Below the pieces are notes generated by a model. The model worked only from the letters and a program-made list of their open reading frames with translations, had not been told where the DNA came from and ran no database searches. The translations under genes and the position numbers were made by a program. Shown piece by piece: positions 1 through 11,000 of a stretch of DNA of 20,976 nucleotides. Numbering within the stretch: the first letter of the stretch is position 1; every line of letters begins with the position of its first letter. This DNA is from a virus (lineage: Duplodnaviria; Heunggongvirae; Uroviricota; Caudoviricetes), in the IMG/VR virus record IMGVR_UViG_2880378312_000001; one strand, 5' to 3'.

Positions 1-1314
1 ATGGAAAACAAATGTATTGAAAGTGAGCAAATCTTTTTTGCTAAGATGAACAGGTATAGTTTCAAACTGTCAGATAAGAAATGGCAACTGGATAAAGAAA
101 ACTGCGTATACCCTCATAAAGTTGTAGATAGAATGCCTACAAAAATGAAACTTAGCTACTTAAAAACATTGGCTTACTATGCGTCTGAATATAGTTCTTT
201 TTATATTCAAAGTATTAACAATCTATTTTATGAGTGGTTTGGTGCGATGACTATCGATACTATTGATGACAAAGCAATATATCAATTGAATGTTTATTTA
301 GGTTCAGAAAGAAACTACAAACTAAACTTAATTAAGGCTTTCATCATTAAATGGAAAAATCTCAATTACCCTGGGGTAGAAGCGACTGCCATTAGAATGC
401 TGGAGAAAATAAAAATCATTCCAAACCAAACAGGAGATGCAGTTAAAAGACGAGATCCAAATAAAGGACCTTTAACTGAAGCGGAATTCAATAACATCAT
501 TAACGCCGTTGGAAAATTTTATCATGAGAAGAAAATTCAATGCTTTTTGTATTGTTATATCCTTTTGCTGGCAATAACAGGAAGAAGGCCATTACAATTA
601 ATATCTCTAAAAGCTAAAGATCTCATTAAAAATGAGAGAGGGTGCTTTTTGAATGTACCAAAAGTAAAACAAAGAAAATGTTTCAGAAAAGAATTTAACA
701 TGGTTATGATAGAGCCGTTCTTATATGACAGCTTATCAATGCTAATTAATCAAAATCAGGCGTTTGTTGAAGATAAATTCAGTGTTGGGATTAGTAACTA
801 TAGAGGCGAATTACCAATCTTCATGAATTTAGATAAGATTACGGAAACAAAAAGGATTGAGGATTTTTTATATGATTTAACAACAGATTTTTTCCATATG
901 AAAAATTCAGTTATGTCAAAACTATTAAAACACTTTCCGTCAAAATTCGATGTTAGGTCAGAAAGGACTAACAGCTATATAGAACTTAATGCTAGAAGAT
1001 TCAGATATACGTTAGGAAGTCGACTGGCTAATGAAGGAGCCTCAATTGAGGTGATTGCTAAAGCGTTAGATCATAAATCAGTAAACTCTTCTATAATATA
1101 TATAAAAAATAATCCTGACAACGTTTATGACATCGATAAGAGACTAAGTGCGTTTTTTAACCCCTTATCTAATATACTTATGGGCATAGAGATTGAAGAA
1201 AACAAGAACTTTTTTATCAAGTTTGTTTCAGATGCATTTTTCTTATTGGAAGATACGAAAGAGGATTTGAAATGTTTAACGTGTAAAAAATTCAATCCCT
1301 GGAGAGCATTATGA
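1..1314 (+). CDS. Tyrosine-recombinase-fold protein A (Tn554 TnpA-like position); the window starts at its ATG so the true start may lie upstream
   Basis: Box I-like ITGRRPLQLISLKAKDL and Box II-like RRFRYTLGSRLANEGASIEVIAKALDHKSVNSSIIYI align gap-free to XerD [39 protein letters not shown] (from memory), with Arg, His and Tyr at catalytic positions. Stop overlaps next start (ATGA at 1311-1314). Strongly AT-rich. Confidence 0.6.
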   Translation: MENKCIESEQIFFAKMNRYSFKLSDKKWQLDKENCVYPHKVVDRMPTKMKLSYLKTLAYYASEYSSFYIQSINNLFYEWFGAMTIDTIDDKAIYQLNVYLGSERNYKLNLIKAFIIKWKNLNYPGVEATAIRMLEKIKIIPNQTGDAVKRRDPNKGPLTEAEFNNIINAVGKFYHEKKIQCFLYCYILLLAITGRRPLQLISLKAKDLIKNERGCFLNVPKVKQRKCFRKEFNMVMIEPFLYDSLSMLINQNQAFVEDKFSVGISNYRGELPIFMNLDKITETKRIEDFLYDLTTDFFHMKNSVMSKLLKHFPSKFDVRSERTNSYIELNARRFRYTLGSRLANEGASIEVIAKALDHKSVNSSIIYIKNNPDNVYDIDKRLSAFFNPLSNILMGIEIEENKNFFIKFVSDAFFLLEDTKEDLKCLTCKKFNPWRAL

Positions 1315-2956
1315 ACAATATATTTATTTTTGAACCAAGCAATAAAAACAACCCTCTCGATAATGTTATTAAGTTTATCGAGTTTTGTAAGAGTACTATT
1401 TCTAATAATAATTTAACAACTTCATGGGAAAGCAATAAATGGAAAGGTTTATATAGGTTTACTAAGTTTAACTCAAAAAACAACCTAAACAGCAAGGAGT
1501 GCTTAGATGATAGCTTTATTAATTTTGCTAAAGCATATATGTTGCATGTGCATTCATTCAATAAATCTAAGACGAAACACTCAACATTATCAATGTTGAA
1601 GATTGTCGAATTCGTTTTACTTAAAATCAATATGGAAGCTAATGTAAACTATTGCAACAATTCAATCTATGATGAATGCATAAGGATAGCCTCTGAAAAG
1701 TATTCTAAAGCACATGCATTTGCTATTGGGAAAGAACTTGAGAATTTGAGTTCATTTTTAAATGATAATAGGATGACTAACTCATTTTATTTATTTTGGG
1801 TAAATCCAATTAGGTATAGGATTACTCAGTCTTGGACTGGTTATGATTCTTCACTGGAAGGCCATTCTAGATTGCCTGATATCAAATCAGTTATTGCGAT
1901 TGCTGAGATTTTTTCAAAGCGGGATGAACAATTATCGTCAAGAGATATATTTACTACATCTGTGCTTGCTTTACTTATGTGTGCACCGAGTAGGATATCG
2001 GAAATTTTAGCTTTGCCAGCGGATTGTGAAATCACAGAATGTGATGGAAAGGGCATTCAAAGATACGGTTTAAGATTTTTTTCAGCAAAAGGGTATGAAG
2101 GCAATATAAAATGGATTCCAACTTTAATGATACCTGTAGCTAAAAAGGCTATTAGCAGATTAAAAGAATTATCAAGTCAAGCGAGGTTATTGGCTGCTGA
2201 AATTCAAAAGAATTACTCTAATTCAACGAAGGGAACCCTTAAAGAAAATATACCTCCTGATCTCTTTTGGTATGATAGAGAGAAGAAAATCAAATATTCT
2301 AATGCGCTTTGCTTGTTAACTGAAGGACAGTTAAATCAAAATAAAAAGGAAATGTCAGATAAATTATTCAGACCTACAACGAATTTTTTTAAAACTGATA
2401 TCATTGATTCTGATTATATAAAAGGGTATTTTAATGTTTTTAAAAGACATGGTTATATAAATGAAGATGGTAGCCCATATTTGCTAAGAACACATCAACT
2501 AAGGCATCTTCTCAACACATTTGCTCAAATAAATGGTATGGATGAAATGGTATGGATGAATTTAGTATTGCTCGCTGGTCTGGACGTAAGCTTATTTCTC
2601 AAAATGTTTCTTATGACCACAGATCGCATCTTCAAATGTCTAAAGCAATAAGAGAAAAAAAGTTATCAGTATGTGTTAATGAGCACAGAATAAAGGATAT
2701 TCCAGTAGTGGATCTTAATGAGTTTGACTCACTTAGTAGTGGTGCAGTACTTGTATCAAAACATGGCTACTGCAAGCACTCATATGCGTTTAAGCCGTGT
2801 GATAATTATCCAATTAAGAACTCTGGTTTAGATAACGAAACGATTTCAAATATCCACGATAAAATTTTAAAAAGAACACTGTATGATAAAAATGATGGGA
2901 ACATAAATGCTGATAAATGGTATGAATTCCATAAAAAAATAAAAAAAGGAGAATAA
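1311..2956 (+). pseudogene. Tyrosine-recombinase-fold protein B (Tn554 TnpB-like position), frameshifted by a 14-bp tandem duplication; repaired length about 543 aa
   Basis: ORFs 1311..2651 and 2552..2956 join into one frame if one copy of atggtatggatgaa (2533-2546 / 2547-2560) is removed. The repaired junction reads HQLRHLLNTFAQINGMDEFSIARWSGRKLISQNVSYDH, matching the HxLRH...G...Y..H catalytic spacing of tyrosine recombinases without gaps. Box I-like APSRISEILAL lies upstream. Confidence 0.6.
2533..2560 (+). repeat. Exact 14-bp tandem duplication (atggtatggatgaa x2) inside recombinase B
   Basis: Direct reading of the sequence; 14 is not a multiple of 3, so the frame shifts between Box II and the catalytic Tyr. 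Confidence 0.9.
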
Positions 2957-3355
2957 ATGGCTAAGCATATAAATGGTTATCATGAGAAGAAGATTGTAGA
3001 TGTTATTAACACATGGTCTATAGATGAAAAACTAACCTGGAATGCTTTGTGCGATAGGTTAGTCAGGGTTATTGGGAAAAGACCATCAAGACAATCCTTA
3101 AGTAGTCATGTAAGGATTGCGGAAAGCTTCAATGTGAAAAAAACCACAATCAAATCTGGTGTAATACACACTGTAAAACCTGCTAATTTAAAAGTGGCTT
3201 CTCAACGAATTAAAAGACTTGAAGCAGAAAATGAAGCTTTGAAGGCATTAAATGAACGCTATTTAGAGCAGTTCAAAGTATGGCTTTATAATGCTCACCT
3301 TAAACAAATAACGATTGAAGAACTTAATAATCCGTTACCTGCAAAATACCTTTAA
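2957..3355 (+). CDS. Small coiled-coil protein (132 aa), third gene of the recombinase operon (TnpC-like position)
   Basis: ATG sits directly after the stop of the upstream gene with AAAAAAGGAG RBS. Heptad-like segment IKRLEAENEALKALNERYLEQ. No recognisable catalytic motif. Confidence 0.5.
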   Translation: MAKHINGYHEKKIVDVINTWSIDEKLTWNALCDRLVRVIGKRPSRQSLSSHVRIAESFNVKKTTIKSGVIHTVKPANLKVASQRIKRLEAENEALKALNERYLEQFKVWLYNAHLKQITIEELNNPLPAKYL

Positions 3356-3452
3356 TAAAATTGATAGGTTTTAGCTATTGACATGGTGAAATATTATGTT
3401 ATTTATTTTCTTGTCAGGACGACAAAATTTCACTATTGCAAGGATGCATATT

Positions 3453-3866
3453 ATGGACAAAACAAATATTAACTTAATGGAAAGGTATCTTCTTCTGCTT
3501 GATCGATTCGTTGATAAACTCGCTGAATCAGGTTTCTCAGAGCAACGAATTATCGAACAATCATATCTTTTTTGTGCAGGATTTTATATCAAATACCAGA
3601 GTGGTATAGAAAAAATGACCTTCTCCAACAGGGAGGTTGTTTTAACCTTTCTGCTACTTTCATATTATAGTCATATAAATAAACTGGATGATGATTTGAT
3701 CAACAAAGAGCGTATGAAGCATGTATGTTCTTCATTGATTAACTTTATAGTCAGTAATGGTAGCCGAACAGAGAAAGTCTATGCTAATGAGAAAAGGAAA
3801 TATGAGGCTTCAACTCTAAAAAGAGAATTATCGAAAAAGGATAAAAGGAAAAGATATAGGTTGTAG
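3453..3866 (+). CDS. Hypothetical protein (137 aa) with a highly basic C-terminal tail; alternative upstream starts at 3396 and 3444
   Basis: Long ORF in the AT-rich block with AAGGA 11 nt upstream of ATG 3453. C-terminus KKDKRKRYRL suggests nucleic-acid binding. No recognised family. Confidence 0.4.
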   Translation: MDKTNINLMERYLLLLDRFVDKLAESGFSEQRIIEQSYLFCAGFYIKYQSGIEKMTFSNREVVLTFLLLSYYSHINKLDDDLINKERMKHVCSSLINFIVSNGSRTEKVYANEKRKYEASTLKRELSKKDKRKRYRL

Positions 3867-4261
3867 TGTTTGTATGATTTTCATTAGACTTACTTAATCT
3901 ATAGTCTAAATTTTAATATTAGATTCGTAAATCTATAATTCCATGAATCTAATTAATGCTTAAAAGCATCCTCTAAGATGCTTTTACTGTTACCATGCAT
4001 ACATACCCAGAACCTTTAACAAACGATAATAGAGGGGAGTTGTGTATAACAACTCCCTGACCTTACTAAGGTTAGCGATGTTATTCAGCATCATTCTGTC
4101 AAAGATTTAATTTCTTTGAAAAATACTAATTCTACCCCTTAAGTTAATAACTTCTGCTTGATCGTGTATTTTGGTAAGTTGGAGTACAATTTTTTGATTG
4201 GATCGTCAATAAGAAAAAGCTAGAATCCTTAGAAGGACATAGATTTTCATAGGGTTAAGAT

Positions 4262-5500
<1,239 letters not shown>

Positions 5501-5514
5501 TTTATGTTTCTGTA

Positions 5515-5548
5515 AAAAGCCCGTAGGTATCAACTGCGGGCTAAATTT
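5515..5548. terminator. Hairpin between convergent genes; probable intrinsic terminator, better U-tract on the minus strand
   Basis: Stem agcccgtag / ctgcgggct (9 bp with one G-U) around a 7-nt loop; on the minus strand it is followed by TTTTTAC. Confidence 0.4.
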
Positions 5549-5575
5549 TCCCTTGATGCTGGTTTTGTCTTTTAT

Positions 5576-5971
5576 CTAAAAAATGCCAGTCTTCACGTTG
5601 CTTGTTCCAGCATTAAAGATGTATGTGCTGACTTTTTCGCCTTTGAAAGAAACTGTCAGAGATTTAGTTTGTGAGTCTGCGCCACCTGCAAGCAGTCCCA
5701 CAACGGGGATGAAAGAGGTTGCTTTGGACTGGCTGTTATACATAGTGTATGACCATTGTTCTTCACCATCGATCAAAGAACGGCTGTCAGGTTCACCGAA
5801 CGATGCTAACACGTCCTGTTTTGTAGTTTTGCCTTTAACAATTTTGGTTTTCACACTTTCCTGCGTCTCATTTTTCAATGACTGGTTGCCTACTGAAGAA
5901 CAACCTGCCAAGGTCAGAAAAACGAATCTATATGAGAGTTTTTTGTACCTGAGACTAAATCGCCCTCCCAA
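5576..5971 (-). CDS. Putative lipoprotein whose native 5' end is replaced by IS30-derived sequence; ORF-track start at 5971 is a TTG inside the IS30 remnant
   Basis: Lipobox FLTLAGC-SS then a hydrophilic mature region. Sequence above about 5927 belongs to IS30, so the first ~14 codons of the ORF are IS30-derived. Confidence 0.4.
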   Translation of the reverse strand: MGGRFSLRYKKLSYRFVFLTLAGCSSVGNQSLKNETQESVKTKIVKGKTTKQDVLASFGEPDSRSLIDGEEQWSYTMYNSQSKATSFIPVVGLLAGGADSQTKSLTVSFKGEKVSTYIFNAGTSNVKTGIF

Positions 5972-6669
5972 TGCCCTAGAGAGCGTCTGTTATCGATATT
6001 TCGGGAACGTTCGTGAATTGGTGTTCCGTTCACTATGTTAATCGTACCTCTTTCGCCTTTGCGGGTATGACGCCTGCCATGGCGAAGGCTATGCGACCGT
6101 CGCAGATGCTGTATATTCAGGTGGTGTAGCGCTTCACGGCTACGAAAGTACAGCGTTTTATAAATTGTCTCAGGTGATATTCGCAGCGTTTTTTGACGTG
6201 GTTTTGTTCGCCTTAACCATCCTGATATTTGCTCTGGAGACCATTTCATCTCCAGCTTTTCCAGAACAAGCTTTCGCAATGGTAAATTTTGATCCAGTAA
6301 GCACGGTTTTGGCCTTTTCGCCATTCTGTTGGCTCGGTTATTAGCATCAACAGCTTTGTAATAGCGTCTGCCCCGATTACGCTGAACTTCACGTGAGATC
6401 GTCGAAGGACTGCGATTCAGCGCAGTAGCTATCGCACGAATGCTCATTTTGGCTGACAAACCAGCTCGTATCTCCTCGCGCTCAGACAGTGTCAGGTGAG
6501 CTACAGCCCGCTTACGCTCATGGGGTTTTATGCCGCCAGTATCCCTTAACATAGTGAAGATCGTTCCGGGTTTTGAACCCAGGATATTCGCTATTTCACT
6601 GAAGCCTGTTCCGTTCTTCCATAGTTCAAAAACAGAGGCTTTTTCCTCTGCTGTAAATGTTCGTCTCAT
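5914..6669 (-). pseudogene. insI: IS30 transposase, C-terminally truncated (about 247 of 383 aa retained)
   Basis: N-terminal HTH region and start of the DDE domain recognised from memory; premature stop after junction-derived residues DSFF. Confidence 0.8.
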
Positions 6670-6731
6670 TCAAAAAACCTCCGCAACCCCATGTTTTCAC
6701 ATAACTGTTGCGTTGACCAATTGAATCTACA
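5927..6731 (-). mobile_element. IS30 remnant: left inverted repeat plus about the first 247 codons of the transposase; 3' third missing
   Basis: Reverse complement of 6717-6731 is TGTAGATTCAATTGG, the IS30 terminus as I recall it. Transposase ORF matches IS30 InsI from MRRTFTAEEKASVFELWKNG through DLVSGTKNSHI, then diverges (DSFF-stop). Confidence 0.8.
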
Positions 6732-6745
6732 GTGGTCTGTTTTAA

Positions 6746-6804
6746 TATTTCTATTTCTATTTCTATTTCTATTTCTATTTCTATTTCTATTTCTATTTCT
6801 ATTT
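6746..6804. repeat. Hexanucleotide microsatellite (TATTTC)x9 plus a partial unit
   Basis: Nine perfect units at 6746-6799 then tattt; begins 15 bp outside the IS30 terminus. The overlapping ORF 6691..6939 (poly-LF) is an artefact. Confidence 0.95.
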
Positions 6805-6998
6805 GTTGTGATTTTTTCTTTAGTTCATGTATTTCGATTTGTTTCTGAATTATCGGGGGTAGTGTCTTCCCTTTTCCCTGAGGCTTATCATGCAGTTATT
6901 TTCGCCATCTTGGTATTGTGGAAATACCGACATCCATAGCTTTGGTGAGCTCTGTTCAGGTGGCCAAATTCAGAAAACCATTACGGAGGAAGAAGGCG

Positions 6999-7565
6999 AT
7001 GGCTAAACCAGCGCGAAGACGATGTAACCGTAAAAGAGAAGATTTAACTGTTAAAAGGATATTTGAGTTACTAAGTTTCGATAAATCTACCGGGGTATTT
7101 AGATGGAAAGTTCCCACTCAGGGAAGGATAGCATTAAATAGTGTTGCTGGAGCTTTTGATTCCAACGGTTATTCAATGATCATGATAGATGGGCGTAGAT
7201 ATAAAACTCACGTCTTAGTTTTTTACATAACTCATAATCGTTGGCCTGCTGGTCAAATTGACCACGTTAATGGAATTAGGACCGACAATAGGCCAGAAAA
7301 TTTAAGAGAATGCCTGCCAATAGAAAATTCAAGAAATATAAGGATCCGAAAGAATAGCAAATCAGGTTGCAGAGGGGTTACTTGGCACAAACGACAGAAA
7401 AAATGGAATGTTAGGCTAGGATTCCATGGCAAGAGTAAACACTTCGGATGCTTTGATGATCTGGAGTTAGCGGTACTAGTTGCTGAAGAAGCCCGAGATA
7501 AGTATTACGGTGATTTTTCCGGCAACGAAAGGAGCACTTATGCGAATCTATCGAAGGAAATGTAA
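6999..7565 (+). CDS. HNH endonuclease with AP2-type DNA-binding domain (homing-endonuclease-like); start taken at MAKPARRRC
   Basis: HNH motif [18 protein letters not shown]2-like segment [48 protein letters not shown] before ATG 6999. First nine residues match the N-terminus of lambda NinG as I recall it. Confidence 0.65.
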   Translation: MAKPARRRCNRKREDLTVKRIFELLSFDKSTGVFRWKVPTQGRIALNSVAGAFDSNGYSMIMIDGRRYKTHVLVFYITHNRWPAGQIDHVNGIRTDNRPENLRECLPIENSRNIRIRKNSKSGCRGVTWHKRQKKWNVRLGFHGKSKHFGCFDDLELAVLVAEEARDKYYGDFSGNERSTYANLSKEM

Positions 7566-8151
7566 ATGTTGCAATGAATGGTTTATACCAAAATATCAAA
7601 ATCAATATTGGTGTAATGAGATTTGTGGAACCAAGATAGCACTCGAACGACGAAGTAAAGAACGCGAAAAAGCGGAAAAGGCAGAAAAGGCAGCAGAGAA
7701 GAAACGACGACGAGAGGAGCAGAAACAGAAAGATAAACTTAAGATTCAAAAACTCGCCTTAAAGCCCCGCAGTTACTGGATTAAACAAGCCCAACAAGCC
7801 GTACACGCCTTCATCAGAGAAAGAGACCGCGACTTACCATGTATCTCGTGCGGAACGCTCACGTCTGCTCAGTGGGATGCCGGACATTACCGGACAACTG
7901 CTGCGGCACCTCAACTCCGATTTGATGAACGCAATATTCACAAGCAATGCGTGGTGTGCAACCAGCACAAAAGCGGAAATCTCGTTCCGTATCGCGTCGA
8001 ACTGATTAGCCGCATCGGGCAGGAAGCAGTAGAGGAAATCGAATCAAACCATAACCGCTATCGCTGGACTGTCGAAGAGTGCAGGGCCATCAAGGCGGAG
8101 TATCAACAGAAACTTAAAAAACTGCGAAACAGCAGAAGTGAGGTTGCATGA
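7540..8151 (+). CDS. ninG: NinG/Rap-like recombination protein
   Basis: Cys-rich N-terminus, [23 protein letters not shown] basic stretch and C-terminal region match lambda NinG from memory. AAAGGAG RBS before ATG 7540. Overlaps the upstream HNH gene by 26 bp. Confidence 0.7.
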   Translation: MRIYRRKCKCCNEWFIPKYQNQYWCNEICGTKIALERRSKEREKAEKAEKAAEKKRRREEQKQKDKLKIQKLALKPRSYWIKQAQQAVHAFIRERDRDLPCISCGTLTSAQWDAGHYRTTAAAPQLRFDERNIHKQCVVCNQHKSGNLVPYRVELISRIGQEAVEEIESNHNRYRWTVEECRAIKAEYQQKLKKLRNSRSEVA

Positions 8152-8813
8152 ATATCTACGAAAGAATTGATGGCAGCAAATACCGAAATATTTGGGTAGT
8201 TGGCGATCTGCACGGATGCTACACGAACCTGATGAAAAAACTGGAGACGATAGGATTCGACACCAAAAAAGACCTGCTTATCTCGGTGGGCGATTTGGTT
8301 GATCGCGGTACAGAGAACGTAGAATGCCTGGAATTAATCACATTCCCCTGGTTCAGAGCTGTACGTGGAAACCATGAGCAAATGATGATTGATGGCTTAT
8401 CAGAGCGTGGAAACGTCAATCACTGGCTGCTTAATGGCGGTGGCTGGTTCTTTAATCTCGATTACGACAAAGAAATTCTGGCTAAAGCTCTTGCCCATAA
8501 AGCAGATGAACTTCCGTTAATCATCGAACTGGTGAGTAAAGGAAAAAAATATGTCATCTGCCACGCCGATTATCCTTGTGATAAATACGAGTTTGGAAAG
8601 CCAGTTGATCATCAGCAGGTAATCTGGAACCGCGAACGAATCAGCAACTCACAAGACGGGATCGTGAAAGAAATCAAAGGCGCGGACACGTTCATCTTTG
8701 GTCATACGCCAGCAGTGAAACCACTCAAATTTGCCAACCAGATGTATATCGATACTGGCGCAGTGTTCTGCGGAAACCTCACATTGATTCAGGTACAGGG
8801 AGAAGGCGCATGA
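8148..8813 (+). CDS. PPP-family Ser/Thr protein phosphatase (lambda NinI/ORF221-like)
   Basis: Signature motifs GDLHG, GDLVDRG and GNHE in canonical order; ATGA overlap with ninG stop. Confidence 0.85.
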   Translation: MNIYERIDGSKYRNIWVVGDLHGCYTNLMKKLETIGFDTKKDLLISVGDLVDRGTENVECLELITFPWFRAVRGNHEQMMIDGLSERGNVNHWLLNGGGWFFNLDYDKEILAKALAHKADELPLIIELVSKGKKYVICHADYPCDKYEFGKPVDHQQVIWNRERISNSQDGIVKEIKGADTFIFGHTPAVKPLKFANQMYIDTGAVFCGNLTLIQVQGEGA

Positions 8814-9433
8814 GACTCGAAAGCGTAGCTAAATTTCATTCGCCAAAAAGCCCGATGATGAGCGACTCACCACGGGCCACGGCTTCTGACTCTCTTTCCG
8901 GTACTGATGTGATGGCTGCTATGGGGATGGCGCAATCACAAGCCGGATTCGGAATGGCTGTATTCTGTGGTAAGCACGAACTCAGCCAGAACGACAAACA
9001 AAAGGCTATCAACTATCTGATGCAATTTGCACACAAGGTATCGGGGAAATACCGTGGCGTGGCAAAGCTTGAAGGAAATACTAAGGCAAAGGTACTGCAA
9101 GTGCTCGCAACATTCGCTTATGCGGATTATTGCCGTAGTGCCGCTACGCCGGGCGCAAGATGCAGAGATTGCCACGGTACAGGCCGTGCGGTTGATATAG
9201 CCAAAACAGAGCAGTGGGGGATAGTTGCTGAGAAAGAGTGCGGAAGATGTAAAGGCGTCGGTTATTCAAGAATGCCAGCAAGCGCCGCATATCGCGCTGT
9301 GACGATGCTAATCCCAAACCTTACCCAACCCACCTGGTCACGCACTGTTAAGCCGCTGTATGACGCTCTGGTTGTGCAATGCCACAAGGAAGAGTCAATC
9401 GCAGACAACATTTTGAATGCGATCACACGTTAG
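8810..9433 (+). CDS. Q: Late-gene antiterminator Q, lambda type
   Basis: 207 aa; matches lambda Q from memory ([28 protein letters not shown]..., zinc-binding CRDCHGTG...CGRCKG). Followed by a lambda-like late promoter. Confidence 0.75.
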   Translation: MRLESVAKFHSPKSPMMSDSPRATASDSLSGTDVMAAMGMAQSQAGFGMAVFCGKHELSQNDKQKAINYLMQFAHKVSGKYRGVAKLEGNTKAKVLQVLATFAYADYCRSAATPGARCRDCHGTGRAVDIAKTEQWGIVAEKECGRCKGVGYSRMPASAAYRAVTMLIPNLTQPTWSRTVKPLYDALVVQCHKEESIADNILNAITR

Positions 9434-9475
9434 CGCCATGATTGCCACGGATGGCAACATATTAACGGCATAATA

Positions 9476-9520
9476 TTGACTTTTTGAATAACTTTGGGGA
9501 AACTTGACACCAATAATGGG
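9476..9520 (+). promoter_or_regulatory. Late promoter with Q-utilisation site (lambda pR-prime / qut type)
   Basis: ATATTGACTTTTTGAATAACTTTGGGGAAACTTGACACCAATAATGGGCG parallels the lambda pR-prime/qut region as I recall it (TTGACT -35, conserved downstream block); sits 43 bp after Q. Confidence 0.6.
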
Positions 9521-9712
9521 CGTTTTTTACATGTCATTGATGAGTCTCAATAACCTGCCGCCGAGTAGTTTTTATGCTCTGAATTGTATTTGTGTAGTAA
9601 ACATGCTGACTGCAATGTAATAGAGTTTTTTTAGCCTGTAACCTCTTGACGGCATTGAATTGCTTTTGTTATGAGTTGTAAGCCAATGTTATCATCTTGT
9701 ATTGGGGTGGTT

Positions 9713-10429
9713 ATGAAGGATGGTGCGCTGCTCAGGAGTTCTTCACTTTTTATTGCCTACATGGGATGCCTTGGATGGGGGAGTGCTTATTTCTATGGAT
9801 GGGGTACTTCTTTTTACTACGGCTTCCCATGGTGGATTGTAGGTGCAGGTGTTGATGATGTTGCCAGAAGTTTATTTTTTGCAGTTATCGTCATTGCTAT
9901 ATTTCTTATCGGTTGGGGTATTGGTGTTGTATTCTTTTTCGCAGTGAAAAGAAAACATTCTATGCAAGAGCTAAATGTATTTCGCCTTTATTTTGCTGTG
10001 GAATTATTGTTTGTGCCGGCAATTATTGAGTTTTCTATATTGAGACAGAAGATTCAGGTACCTCTTTTGCTACTGTCAGCAGCGATTGCGCTGGCGGTCA
10101 CAATTTCGATAAGATCTTATGGGCGATTTTTATCGGTATCATGCTTCTATGATAAGCCATTTATAAAAAAACATTTTTTTGAGATTGTGATGATTGCTTT
10201 TGTGGCATATTTCTGGCTTTTTTCATTTCTGACAGGATATTACAAACCGCAGTTTAAGAAAGAATATGAAATGATTAATTATAATGATGGTTGGTATTAT
10301 GTTCTTGCTCGTTATGATAATTGTCTGGTTTTGTCTACTTCTTTCAATGCAGGTAGTAAAAGGTTTGTGATTTATCAATCAGCACAAGATAAGAATCTTC
10401 AGGTTGATATTGTAAGGACCAGAATTTAA
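9713..10429 (+). CDS. Multi-pass membrane protein of unknown function (moron downstream of the late promoter); ORF-track start 9671, ATG 9713 preferred
   Basis: Several hydrophobic segments rich in W/Y/G/F (GWGSAYFYGWGTSFYYGFPWWIVGAG; VIVIAIFLIGWGIGVVFFFAV; LLLLSAAIALAVTISI). Lower GC than flanking phage genes. Confidence 0.5.
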   Translation: MKDGALLRSSSLFIAYMGCLGWGSAYFYGWGTSFYYGFPWWIVGAGVDDVARSLFFAVIVIAIFLIGWGIGVVFFFAVKRKHSMQELNVFRLYFAVELLFVPAIIEFSILRQKIQVPLLLLSAAIALAVTISIRSYGRFLSVSCFYDKPFIKKHFFEIVMIAFVAYFWLFSFLTGYYKPQFKKEYEMINYNDGWYYVLARYDNCLVLSTSFNAGSKRFVIYQSAQDKNLQVDIVRTRI

Positions 10430-10847
10430 TTGGCTGCATAAATAATATTTTAAGTTGCAAGTTGGCTATTCGTAGGAATAGAACCTTAGGCATGCTGAAT
10501 GCGTTTTCTGAACATTGTTTTATAAACTGTGTCTGCTTGCTGTTGTGATCCTGCTTTTAGTGATGGTGATGATGGATTTCACCAGCAGGATAATGTTGGT
10601 ACTGACTGATGGCGCTCTGGTCTGCGGCATTGTGGTATTGCTGTGGCCGGTGATAAAAAGAAACAGCCTGCATAATGCTTGATTTTTTTGTTTACTGTTT
10701 ATTAAAAATACTACTGCATGGTGAATCCCCCTGTGCGGAGGGGCAATCAGCAACCAGGTATATGTGATAATCGCGGATTCAGGTGCTGATACTGAATTCA
10801 CCGGGAGGCACCCGGCACCATGCAAGAAAAAGAATGTGCATGCAAAC

Positions 10848-10876
10848 ATGCCCCTCTCCGGAGGGGCATTTTTTAT
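10848..10876. terminator. Strong intrinsic terminator hairpin
   Basis: Perfect stem atgcccctc / gaggggcat around loop tccg, followed by TTTTTT on the plus strand. Confidence 0.65.
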
Positions 10877-11000
10877 GGGTAAAAAATGCCCGAATGGGTT
10901 CGGGCAATAGCATGAGATACTGATATTGTTGTGTTGTTATCGTGTGGATTTTAACCAGGGTTTATCAGGCTGCGCAACTGCGTGGCCTTTTTTCATTTCT

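Noticed and set aside
3356-3410. Possible sigma-70 promoter (TTGACA at 3378-3383) upstream of the first cargo gene
   Set aside because: The -35 hexamer is perfect but no convincing -10 element lies at 16-18 bp spacing; in AT-rich DNA such hexamers occur by chance, so it is not listed as a feature.
5583-6041. Plus-strand 152-aa ORF
   Set aside because: Antisense to the lipoprotein gene and to the IS30 transposase; no RBS; likely spurious.
6691-6939. Plus-strand ORF encoding poly-(LF)
   Set aside because: It arises from reading through the (TATTTC)n microsatellite and the IS30 terminus; no RBS and no plausible protein.
10520-10849. Minus-strand 109-aa ORF in the region between the membrane protein and the esterase
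   Set aside because: It overlaps the hairpin-rich noncoding stretch, has no RBS and a low-complexity composition; treated as noncoding.
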